Source: Corallococcus sp. BB11-1 (GTDB lineage: Bacteria; Myxococcota; Myxococcia; Myxococcales; Myxococcaceae). Taken from it: 64,000 nucleotides of DNA. The notes below the pieces were generated by a model that worked only from the letters and a program-made list of their open reading frames with translations, was not told the origin of the DNA and made no database searches. The stretch lies in contig NZ_JAPNJY010000032.1 of the NCBI RefSeq assembly GCF_026626625.1, positions 74,976 through 138,975 on the forward strand. Direction: 5' to 3'. This document shows, one piece after another, positions 1 through 8,762 of the stretch; the stretch's first letter is position 1, and each line of letters opens with the position of its first letter. The position numbers and the translations under genes were made by a program.

Positions 1-117
1 CCTTCTGCGTGCCCACCCCGAGGCTGACGGTGCTGCCCTCCTGGGCCAGGGCGGGGGCGCTGGCCACCAGGGTGACGAGGGCGCCAAGCGCTACGGCGTG
101 CGTGAAGCGAGTGGACA
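1..117 (-). CDS. Partial secreted protein (N-terminus only; continues off the window start); possibly a CpaB/RcpC-like Tad pilus component
   Basis: Reverse-strand reading from about 117 gives MSTRFTHAVALGALVTLVASAPALAQEGSTVSLGVGTQK, which has a typical signal peptide. It lies directly downstream of the prepilin peptidase gene on the same strand. The CpaB assignment rests only on gene order in tad loci. Confidence 0.35.
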
Positions 118-163
118 TCGTGTGAATCCCCTTCTTGCGTGCGTGCGCGCTGACGGCTGCGCG

Positions 164-700
164 CTATCCCAGATGTTGTTGCTGCCACCACATGGCCCAG
201 AAAGTCCCGAGCGCGATGGAGACGCCGTAGGGGATGTGTCGCGCGGGCGCGGGCAAGGTTTCCTCGCGCATCCATTTCGCCCGCACCGCCCAGCGACGGG
301 CCACCGCCGCCAGCGTGTCCCAGACGGCGCCCTGCCACAGCAGCGTGACGACCGCCTGCAGCGCGCCCACCAACGAGATGAAGGCCGCCGCCGCGAGCAC
401 CGCCGGGAACCCCAGCACACAGCCCACGCCCGCCATCAGCTTGACGTCACCCCACCCCATGCGCCCGCGCAGCGCGCCGGGAACCAGCAGCAGCGCCAGC
501 CCCGCGCCCGCGACCGCCCCGCTCACCACCCCCGAATGCAGCCCGCCCCACCCCTCCGCCCAGCCCCGCACCCCGAGCCCCAGCACGACGAGCGGATAGG
601 TCACGACGTTGGGGATGATCCGGCGCAGCACGTCGGTCACCACCGCCATCACCAGGGCCACTCCCAGAATCGTCCACAGCACGGGCTGAACAGGTGTCAT
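164..700 (-). CDS. A24-family prepilin peptidase, short CpaA/TadV type (Flp/Tad pilus)
   Basis: 178 aa, polytopic membrane protein with the GDVKLMAGVG motif characteristic of type IV prepilin peptidases. Its size matches the CpaA/TadV class rather than PilD. Confidence 0.75.
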   Translation of the reverse strand: MTPVQPVLWTILGVALVMAVVTDVLRRIIPNVVTYPLVVLGLGVRGWAEGWGGLHSGVVSGAVAGAGLALLLVPGALRGRMGWGDVKLMAGVGCVLGFPAVLAAAAFISLVGALQAVVTLLWQGAVWDTLAAVARRWAVRAKWMREETLPAPARHIPYGVSIALGTFWAMWWQQQHLG

Positions 701-804
701 CAGGCACCTGGCCCCAAGGCGGGCAGGCGACCCCTATCAAACCAGGGAGGCCCGGAGCCCGTCAAATGCTGAACACGGTCATCGAACCGGGGGGCAGTGC
801 GTCA

Positions 805-1662
805 TCAGTGGATGACCAGGCGGATCTTCTCGCTGCAGATGAAGTACTCGTCCCCGTCTTCGACCTTGCGGCGCTTGATGCGCTGCTTGTTGAACCAGGT
901 CCCGTTCGAGGAGCCGAGGTCTTCAATGTAGAAGTCGCCGCCGTCGCGGGCGATGACGGCGTGCTCGCGCGACACCTTGCCGGAGTTGATGACGAAGTCG
1001 CAGTGCTTGCCGCGGCCGATGACGTAGCGGTCCTTGATGATCTTCTCCTGCTCACCGGACTCGGTGACCAGGTAGAGCGACGCGCCCTCCTCCTCGTCGG
1101 CCTCCTCCGCGGGCTCTTCCTCGGCCTCCTCCGCGGGCTCGTCCTCCAGCTCATCCTCGAGCGGCGGATCCTCCTGCTCGGGCAGGGGCTCCTCCTCGTC
1201 CTCGATCATGTCGTCGGCGGAGGGCGGGGGCGGCTCGTTCTTGCCCTTGATGAGCCGCTCCAGCTCGGCGGCCGTCTCCAGGACGCGCTCGGCCACCTCG
1301 CGGCGCACCGGATCGTTGTCCAGGCCGTTGGAGGACGGGCGGTCCTCCACGGGGCGCGCGGAGGCGCGGGCGGGTTCGGCCCGCGCGGGCGCGAGCACCG
1401 GCGGCGCCCCCTTGGACGCGGCCGCCGCGGGAGGCGGAGCGACCGGACGCGGCGCGGGCGTAGGCGACGGCACGGCGGCGATGGCCGGCTCCGCCTTCGC
1501 CCTCACCTCGATGAAGCCGTTGAGGCGCGCGAACATGAAGAGCGCCTGGTTGATCAGCGCGTCGCGATCCGACCCCATCTGCTGGGCCATCTCTTCGTAC
1601 GTCTCCCACAGGTGATCAGCGATGCCGACCTTGCGTGCGGGATGGGAGTTCTGATCGATCAT
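805..1662 (-). CDS. FHA-domain protein with N-terminal domain, Pro-rich linker and a long acidic (E/D) tract
   Basis: The C-terminus (DRYVIGRGKHCDFVINSGKVSREHAVIARDGGDFYIEDLGSSNGTWFNKQRI) is a canonical FHA domain. I take the start as MIDQNSH at 1662 rather than the upstream ORF start. Confidence 0.8.
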   Translation of the reverse strand: MIDQNSHPARKVGIADHLWETYEEMAQQMGSDRDALINQALFMFARLNGFIEVRAKAEPAIAAVPSPTPAPRPVAPPPAAAASKGAPPVLAPARAEPARASARPVEDRPSSNGLDNDPVRREVAERVLETAAELERLIKGKNEPPPPSADDMIEDEEEPLPEQEDPPLEDELEDEPAEEAEEEPAEEADEEEGASLYLVTESGEQEKIIKDRYVIGRGKHCDFVINSGKVSREHAVIARDGGDFYIEDLGSSNGTWFNKQRIKRRKVEDGDEYFICSEKIRLVIH

Positions 1663-1725
1663 CGGTCTTGGCTCGGGAAATGCTGAACGTGGGGAACGAT
1701 AGCAGAGCCGCCCAGGCCCGCCCAA

Positions 1726-3885
1726 TTACTGGAAGGCCCGGAGGTACTGGAGGTTGTTCGCGTTGTCGGTGATCTGCTCCAGCGCCACCTGGAGCACGCC
1801 GTCCGCGGAGGGATAGGCGATGTAGGCCAGGCTGGAGCCCGCCACGTCCGTGGCCACCACGGAGCCAGGCAGGGTGTAGGCCCCCAGGTTGGTCTGCGAG
1901 CCGCCTTCGCCGGTGTCCACGCCGAAGACGAAGCGGCGGAAGCGCGGCAGCAGCGTCACCACGTAGCGGTCACCGGCGTTCAACCGCGAGGGGTCTCCGA
2001 ACGTCGCCGTCAGGGTGAGCGACAGCGGCGCAGGGGCGAAGGTCGGCTGCGCCTTGGGCGGGTCCAGGCCCAGGTCGAAGCCATTCGCGTGGTAGTAGTA
2101 ATCCAGCAGGTTGGACACCGTGTAGGCCTCACCGACGTCCAGCCGCAGCAGGTAGGAGTCCGCGGTCTCCAGGCCCGAATAGAGCACGAAGGGCTTCGTG
2201 GTCGGCCCGGCGCGCACGGAGAAGCTGGAGTACGTGGCGCACGTCTCCAGCGCGCTGACGGTGGCCGCGTCCGACAGGTCCGGGAACAGCCGGGTGAGGC
2301 CATCGCCCTGGTCCTCCAGGCGGAGGATGCGGACGATCTGCGGGCAGGCGCTCACGTTGTTCGCCAGCACGATGGAGTCGCCCGGAATCACGGCGCGGGA
2401 CGTGGCCAGGGCGGTCTCCACCAGCAGGGGGGGATCCTCCACGGACAGGTCGCGCGTCAGGTTGACGAGGCCCGGCAGGATGCCCTGGAAGACGAAGCGG
2501 TAGGTCCCGCCGGGCAGCGTCCCGTCACACAGGAAGGCCGTGGCGTTGGTCACCTCCGCGTTCTGCGGGCAGCCCGGCTGCTCCACCCGGATGCTCTGGA
2601 ACTGGTCGGCCCGGATGAGCTCCGAGCCGTCGCGCAGCTCCACCGCCACCGAGGCGCGCAGCGCGCCGGCGGTGGGGTCGCGGTCCAGGTTGAACGCACG
2701 GCGCTCGTCCGCGCGGAACAGGGTCACCTTCCCGTCCGACGACGGCATGATGCCCAGCAGCGGAATGGGAGACGTGTAGGCCGCGCCATCCGCCAGGACC
2801 TCGCGGACCTCCAGGCCCGCGCGCAGCGTCAGCCCCGTGGGCAGGCCCGCCGGCGGCGTCAGCGTCAGCATGGGCGCGCCGGTGACGTCGCGGGCGAGCA
2901 CCGGCGCCGGGGACGGCACCAGGGGATCCGGGCCGTTGTCGAGCGCGATGACGCCCTCGCAGTCCGTCGAGACGCAGGTGAGCTCGTCGAGCAGCACGTA
3001 GATGTAGCGGCCCGCCGGCACGCGGGCCGTGTCCGGACCGAAGGCCGGGTGCGTGGCGACGAGCCGCGCGGGGATGTCCACCAGGTCCGTGTACGTCGGC
3101 ACCGTGTAGGGCGCCGGACGCGGACGCTTGTAGGCGACCTCCACGGACGCCCCGTCCGCGACGACGCGCACCAGCCGGCTGGTGCCCGTCACGTTGCGGA
3201 TGGCGACCACCAGCGAGTCCGTCACGTCCGGACGCGAGGGCATCACGATCATGGACAGCACGGTGTCCGACGGGCGCAGGCAGAAGACGGGCAGCGCGGG
3301 AGGAAGGGCCGCGGCGTCGAAGGCGTCGGGGGCCGGCAGGTCCTGGCGCATCACCACCCCGCCGCCGAAGGGACCGCAGAGCTGCTCGGCGGCCTCCGGG
3401 CGGGTCTGGAGCGCGTAGTACAGGACGCTCGGCGCGCCCTCGGCCACCGGGGCGTGCGCGGCGAAGGCGGTGATGAGCTGGCCGGTGGACAGCCGCGTCA
3501 CCTCGTTGAGGCGCGCGCGGTCGGCGGCCACCACGGAGATGCTGCGGCCGCCAGAGCTGCGCGCGTAGATGTAGGGGCCGGACACGTCATCGCCCTTGGC
3601 GTCGTAGCCCACGTCGCGGGTGAGCGCGTCGGGCCGCTCGACGACGGGGATGGCCAGGGACTCCAGCGGGTTGGGCGCGGGGATGAACTCGCGGGGCGTG
3701 CGCGTGAGGTCCAGCACGCGCAGCTCGTCCCGGTCCTGGGAGGTGACGAAGACGAGCTGGTTGGAGAGCACCACGTCGTACGTGCCCGTGAGGCCCGCGG
3801 CACCCGCCGTGGAGGTGGTGTCGGAGCAGGCGCCCGTGAGGCCCGAGGCGCCCAGCAACAGGGCAGCGAGGATGCCGCGCTTCAA
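1726..3885 (-). CDS. Large secreted protein or lipoprotein (about 719 aa), hypothetical; translationally coupled to the upstream lipoprotein gene
   Basis: A TTG start at 3885 is preceded by AGGAGA at 7 nt spacing. The N-terminus MKRGILAALLLGASGLTGAC is a signal peptide with a weak lipobox. The rest of the 1105-aa track ORF upstream of 3885 is non-coding in this frame and overlaps the next gene in another frame. Confidence 0.65.
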   Translation of the reverse strand: MKRGILAALLLGASGLTGACSDTTSTAGAAGLTGTYDVVLSNQLVFVTSQDRDELRVLDLTRTPREFIPAPNPLESLAIPVVERPDALTRDVGYDAKGDDVSGPYIYARSSGGRSISVVAADRARLNEVTRLSTGQLITAFAAHAPVAEGAPSVLYYALQTRPEAAEQLCGPFGGGVVMRQDLPAPDAFDAAALPPALPVFCLRPSDTVLSMIVMPSRPDVTDSLVVAIRNVTGTSRLVRVVADGASVEVAYKRPRPAPYTVPTYTDLVDIPARLVATHPAFGPDTARVPAGRYIYVLLDELTCVSTDCEGVIALDNGPDPLVPSPAPVLARDVTGAPMLTLTPPAGLPTGLTLRAGLEVREVLADGAAYTSPIPLLGIMPSSDGKVTLFRADERRAFNLDRDPTAGALRASVAVELRDGSELIRADQFQSIRVEQPGCPQNAEVTNATAFLCDGTLPGGTYRFVFQGILPGLVNLTRDLSVEDPPLLVETALATSRAVIPGDSIVLANNVSACPQIVRILRLEDQGDGLTRLFPDLSDAATVSALETCATYSSFSVRAGPTTKPFVLYSGLETADSYLLRLDVGEAYTVSNLLDYYYHANGFDLGLDPPKAQPTFAPAPLSLTLTATFGDPSRLNAGDRYVVTLLPRFRRFVFGVDTGEGGSQTNLGAYTLPGSVVATDVAGSSLAYIAYPSADGVLQVALEQITDNANNLQYLRAFQ

Positions 3886-5418
3886 GGTTGGTTCTCCTGG
3901 CACACGCTGGTGCCCTGGTTCGGATCCCGCTGCTGCTGCGTGCCGAGCCGTGCCACCAGTTTCGCGTCCTGCGGACGGGTGAGGTCGGGGATGTCCACGA
4001 TGGACACCTGCCCGTCTCCGAAGTTGGTCACGAACAGCCGCGCCGCGTTCACACCGGCCGGGTTGTCCACCGTCAGCCCGAAGGCCTGCGACGGGTTGCT
4101 GGTCTGGTTCTGCGAGTTGACGAGCGGCACCTGGACGACGACCTGCCCGAGCGCCTCGTCGTAGAGGGACACCGCGCTGTCGCCGGTGCTCGTCACCGCG
4201 AGGATGTTCGTGTCGGTGTTGGTCGGCGCCCCCTGCCGGCTGACGATCTGCATGTCGCTGACGCCGTCGGGCATGGGCACCGCGGAGATGACCCGGAAGG
4301 TGGGGTCCGTCGCCTGCGCGCCTGGAGCGGCGTCGTATTCGAAGTCGAGCGTGAGCAGCGTGTCCGGGCCGCGCGCCAGCACGTACAGCCGCTCGCGCAC
4401 GAAGTAGGGCCGGGCCGCGAGCTCCGCGGCCGTCACCGGCCGGGACACCACCTGGACCGCGCGCGCCTCGCGGATGCGGTAGACCGAGAACAGGACGGGC
4501 TCCAGGACGCGCGTGGACACGTTCTTGTCCACCAGCCGCAGCACGAAGTTCCCGGCCACCGTGCCGCGGTCGCCGGCCACGAAGTTGCGGCCCGACACGT
4601 AGACGAACCCCGCCCCCACCGTCGTCGAATCCGAGCCGCCGTAGATGTAGCCCTCCGGCGACAGCGGGATGAAGCCCAGCGTGTCGCGGGTGGGGTTGTC
4701 CGTCTTCAGCGTGACCAGGTAGTTCTCGAAGTTGGTGCTGGAGTTGGCGGGCGAATCCGCCGCTTCCGAGTGCGTCACGTACAGCGTGCCGCTGGCGGCA
4801 TCCACCGTCACGCCAATGGGCGACGGCGCGCGGGGCAGGCCCGGACGGGCCGCGTCCTGCAGCGACGACGGGATGTCGTCCGTGAGCGACAGCGCCCCCG
4901 TCCGGCAGTCCACGCCGCCCTGCACGCAGGCGAGCACCGGCGCGCCATCCCCCGAAAGGCTGACGTCCACCGCGTGCAGGTTGTTGCCCTCCGCGCGCGA
5001 GGGCACGAACAGGCGCGGCAACCCGTTGGCGGGGTTGACCCACATGGCCATGTCACCCGCGAAGCTGCGGATCTGCACGAGCGAGTCCGCCGACGAGGAC
5101 AGGTTCTCGAAGGTGAGGAGGCTCGCGGGCTCGGCCGAGCCCAGCCGGGGCACCGGGACGGACTGGCCCTCCGCCTGGGTGCTCAGCGCATCCAGGTTGA
5201 GCGCAATCACCGAACCGGAGTCGAAGCAGTTGTCGAAGTTCGCGTTCGCGACGAAGAGGTAGCCGTTGCTCGCCGACGGGCCACCCGCCGAGGGAGGGCG
5301 CCAGAACGCCACCCCGCTGGGGTACACGAAGCGGGTGGACGGGGGCGGGTTCGGTTCGGATTCAATCGAACACGCCGTGACGAACAACAGCGCGGAGGTC
5401 AGGAAAGGGAGGCGCATC
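3882..5418 (-). CDS. Lipoprotein with YVTN-type beta-propeller-like repeats (512 aa), hypothetical
   Basis: The ATG at 5418 gives MRLPFLTSALLFVTAC, a good lipobox (VTAC). Repeated motifs such as GYLFVANANFDN, GTLYVTHSEAAD and ARLFVTNFGDGQVSIVDI resemble YVTN/LVIVD beta-propeller blades. Its TGA stop overlaps the TTG start of the downstream gene (TTGA). Confidence 0.7.
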
Positions 5419-5587
5419 AGAGGGGGGCGGAGTGTAGGAACGGCGCCCTGCCCCGGGCAACTGAATAGGGCGGAGGCTATTCCCAGCCTGCCCTCCCGAC
5501 GACACCCACCCACGCCCCAGGCCGCAAAGCCCGGAAACGCGTGCCGCTCCCCTGGCGGGGGAGCGGGCACGCTCCGGCGGTAAAGCT

Positions 5588-7696
5588 TCAGCTCGCGGCG
5601 ACTTCCGCCTGGATCTTGGAGAAGTCCGCGACCTGGTTGAACAGGGCGCCAATCTCCGTGAGGAACCGGATGCGGTTTTCCCGCAGGTCCTTGTCCTCGG
5701 CCATCACCATCACCTTGTCGAAGAAGGTGTCCACGGCGGGCTTCAGGCCGGTGATTTCGCGCAGGGCCCCGGCGAAGTCGTCCGCGCGCACGCGCTCGCC
5801 CACCTTGTCGCGCGCCTGGGTGAAGGCGGTGTGGAGGTGCTTCTCCGGCTCGTCGGTGAAGCGCTGCGGGTTGGTCTGCCCGCCCGCCACGTCCTTGCCC
5901 TGCTTCTCCACGATGTTGACCACGCGCTTGAAGGCCGCGGCCAGCGGCTGGAAGTCCGAGTGGCCCACCAGCGGGCTCAGCGCCTCCAGGCGCTTCTTCG
6001 CGGCCACCAGGTCGTCGAAGCCCACGGCCAGCACCGCCTCCACCACGTCCGTGCGGTGCTGCTCGCCCCACAGCGCCTTGAGGCGGCCGCGGAAGAACTC
6101 CAGCACCTGCTCGCGCGGCGCGGCCTCACCCGGCTTGCGCTTCACGTTGGCCAGCTTCGGCGCCAGCAGCTTGAGCGCTTCGTCCACCGCGGCCGACAGG
6201 CTGAAGCGGTAGCCGCGCCCCAGCACGATGCGGATGATGGCCAGGCACGCCCGGCGCAGCGCGAACGGATCCGCCGCGCCCGACGGCGCCTTGCCGATGG
6301 CGAAGATGCCGCACAGCGAGTCCAGCCGGTCCGCGAGGCCGATGAGCGCGCCCGCGTCCTGGGACGGCAGCGCGTCCTCGGAACCCCGGGGCAGGTAGTG
6401 CTCGGCGATGGCCAGGACCACCGCGTCCGGCTCGCCGCCGGCGCGCGCGTACTCGCGGCCCATCACGCCCTGCAGCTCCGGGAACTCGCCCACCATGCCG
6501 GTGACGAGGTCCGCCTTGGACAGCGTGGCGGCGCGCTCCACCGTGGCCGCCTCCCCTGCCTTGCCCGTGGCTTGCGCGAGCCAGCCCGCGAGCGAGCGGA
6601 AGCGCTCCACCTTCTCCAGGTAGGTGCCCAGCTGGTTCTGCCACATCACGCGGCCCAGCTTCTCCACGCGGTCGCCCAGCGGCGTCTTGCGGTCCTCGTC
6701 GAAGAAGAAGCGCCCGTCCGCGAGCCGCGCGCGCAGCACGCGCTCGTAGCCCCGGAGCGACAGCCCCTCGTCGCGCACCGGCGTGTTGGACACGGCGATG
6801 AAGCGCGGCAGCAGCTTCCCCTGCCCGTCCAGCAGCGAGAAGTAGCGCTGGTGGCTCTTCATCTCCTGCACCAGCACCTCCGGCGGCAGGTCCAGGTGGC
6901 GCTCGTCGAAGCTGCCCACCACGGGGCTCGGCAGCTCCACCAGGTTCGTCACCTGGTCCACCAGCGCCTCGTCCTCCAGCAGCTGGCCACCGGCCGCCTT
7001 CGCCGCGGCGGTCACCTTCTGCACGAGCGACGCGCGGCGCTTGCCGATGTCCGCCAGCACGTGCGCCTTCTCCAGCACGGACTCGTAGTCCGCGGGCGCC
7101 TTGAGCACGATGGGGCCGGGCGCGAGGAAGCGGTGGCCCTGGGTGGTCCGCCCGCTCTTCACGTCGCCGAGCACCACCGGCAGCTCCGTGTCGCCCAGGA
7201 GCACCACCAGCCACTGCACCGGGCGCGCGAAGGACGTGTCCACGTCCCCCCAGCGCATGGACTTGCGGAAGTTGATGCCGTGCACCGCGGCGTGCGCCGC
7301 GTCCTGGAGGATGGCGTCCGCCGGGCGGCCCTTCTCCTCCACGCGCGCGGAGACGTACTCGCCCTTGGCGGTTGTCGTGCGGCCGAGCGCGTCCACCGAC
7401 AGCTTGAGCCCTTCGGCGAACTTCTCCGCCGCCTTGGTGGGCTTGCCCTGCGCGTCGAAGGCGGCCTTGGCGCTGGGCCCCAGCACCTCCTTCGTCACGT
7501 CCTCGCCCGCTTCCGCCACGTCGCGCACCAGCACCGCGAGCCTGCGCGGCGTGCCGAAGGTGCGCACCTCGCCGTGCTTCAGGCGCGCGTCCGCCATGCG
7601 CTCGGTGAGCACGCGCTTCAAGTCCTCCAGCGCGGGGACGATGAACGACGCCGGGATCTCCTCGGCACCGACTTCCAGGAGCAGATCACGCGCCAC
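5588..7696 (-). CDS. glyS: Glycine--tRNA ligase beta subunit
   Basis: 702 aa starting [19 protein letters not shown], with GlyS-family conservation throughout. It overlaps the upstream glyQ gene by 11 bp. Confidence 0.95.
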   Translation of the reverse strand: MARDLLLEVGAEEIPASFIVPALEDLKRVLTERMADARLKHGEVRTFGTPRRLAVLVRDVAEAGEDVTKEVLGPSAKAAFDAQGKPTKAAEKFAEGLKLSVDALGRTTTAKGEYVSARVEEKGRPADAILQDAAHAAVHGINFRKSMRWGDVDTSFARPVQWLVVLLGDTELPVVLGDVKSGRTTQGHRFLAPGPIVLKAPADYESVLEKAHVLADIGKRRASLVQKVTAAAKAAGGQLLEDEALVDQVTNLVELPSPVVGSFDERHLDLPPEVLVQEMKSHQRYFSLLDGQGKLLPRFIAVSNTPVRDEGLSLRGYERVLRARLADGRFFFDEDRKTPLGDRVEKLGRVMWQNQLGTYLEKVERFRSLAGWLAQATGKAGEAATVERAATLSKADLVTGMVGEFPELQGVMGREYARAGGEPDAVVLAIAEHYLPRGSEDALPSQDAGALIGLADRLDSLCGIFAIGKAPSGAADPFALRRACLAIIRIVLGRGYRFSLSAAVDEALKLLAPKLANVKRKPGEAAPREQVLEFFRGRLKALWGEQHRTDVVEAVLAVGFDDLVAAKKRLEALSPLVGHSDFQPLAAAFKRVVNIVEKQGKDVAGGQTNPQRFTDEPEKHLHTAFTQARDKVGERVRADDFAGALREITGLKPAVDTFFDKVMVMAEDKDLRENRIRFLTEIGALFNQVADFSKIQAEVAAS

Positions 7697-8678
7697 GGGA
7701 CACCTCCGACTTCTCCTTCTTCTCCACGGGCTTGTTGAGCGTCACCGTCTTCCAGTAGTCGCTGGCGGGCTTGCCCTCCAGCACCGGCGGCTGCTCGCCC
7801 ACGGTCCACGGCGTCTTCGTCAGCGGGAAGCCCAGCCGCTCGCGCATCTGCAGGTAGCCCTCCGCGCACAGGCGCGCGTTGTCGCGCACGCGCTTGATGA
7901 AGTTGGCGCGCTCCGTGACGGAGATGGCGCCCCGGGCGTCCAGCAGGTTGAACGCGTGGCTGCACTTGAGCGCGTAGTCGTACGCGGGCAGCGGCAGGTG
8001 GCGCTCGATGAGGCGCTTGCACTCCTTCTCGTATGCGTCGAACAGCGAGAAGAGCATCTGCGGATCCGACTCGTGGAGGGCGTACTTGCTCATCTCCACT
8101 TCGTTCGCGTGGAACACCTCGCGGTACTTCACGCCCTTGACCCACTCGATGTCGAAGACATTCTCCACGTTCTGCAGGTACATGGCCAGGCGCTCCAGCC
8201 CGTACGTCAGCTCCGCGGCCACGGGGCGGCAGTCGAAGCCGCCGCACTGCTGGAAGTAGGTGAACTGGGTGACCTCCATGCCGTCACACCACACCTCCCA
8301 GCCCAGGCCCCAGGCGCCCAGCGTGGGCGACTCCCAGTCGTCCTCCACGAAGCGGATGTCGTGCTCCAGCGGATCCATGCCGATCTTCCGCAGGGACTCC
8401 AGGTACAGCTCCTGGACGTTCTTGGGCGCGGGCTTGAGGATGACCTGGAACTGGTGGTGCTGGAACAGGCGGTTCGGGTTCTCACCGAAGCGGCCGTCGG
8501 CCGGGCGCCGCGTGGGCTGCACGTAGGCGACGTTCCACGGCTCGGGCCCGAGCGCGTGGAGGAACGTGTAGGGGGCCATCGTGCCCGCGCCGACCTCGAG
8601 GTCGTACGACTGGGTCACGATGCATCCCTGGTCGGCCCAGTGCTTCTGGAGCGTGAGGATGAGGTCCTGGAAGTACAT
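7686..8678 (-). CDS. glyQ: Glycine--tRNA ligase alpha subunit
   Basis: Starts [19 protein letters not shown] and contains [30 protein letters not shown], both highly conserved in GlyQ. I place the start at the internal M at 8678. Confidence 0.95.
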   Translation of the reverse strand: MYFQDLILTLQKHWADQGCIVTQSYDLEVGAGTMAPYTFLHALGPEPWNVAYVQPTRRPADGRFGENPNRLFQHHQFQVILKPAPKNVQELYLESLRKIGMDPLEHDIRFVEDDWESPTLGAWGLGWEVWCDGMEVTQFTYFQQCGGFDCRPVAAELTYGLERLAMYLQNVENVFDIEWVKGVKYREVFHANEVEMSKYALHESDPQMLFSLFDAYEKECKRLIERHLPLPAYDYALKCSHAFNLLDARGAISVTERANFIKRVRDNARLCAEGYLQMRERLGFPLTKTPWTVGEQPPVLEGKPASDYWKTVTLNKPVEKKEKSEVSRGA

Positions 8679-8762
8679 GGCTGGCGAGTCCTTCTCGCAG
8701 TGCGTCGAAGGCGGAACGCGGCGGACCCTAGTGAGGGGGTCCAGGAGCGTCAAGGACGGCCG

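Noticed and set aside
3886-5043. Upstream part of the 1105-aa minus ORF (1726..5043), suggesting a single giant protein.
   Set aside because: The N-terminal 385 residues of that frame are Arg/Gly/Pro junk overlapping the real gene at 3882..5418 in another frame. An internal TTG with a strong AGGAGA RBS and a signal peptide marks the true start at 3885.
5541-5570. GC-rich hairpin (GTGCCGCTCCCC-tggc-GGGGGAGCGGGCAC) just downstream of glyS, as a possible terminator.
   Set aside because: There is no U-tract on the minus strand after the stem. It could be a Rho-independent terminator of the GC-rich type or simply a stable hairpin. The evidence is insufficient to list it as a feature.
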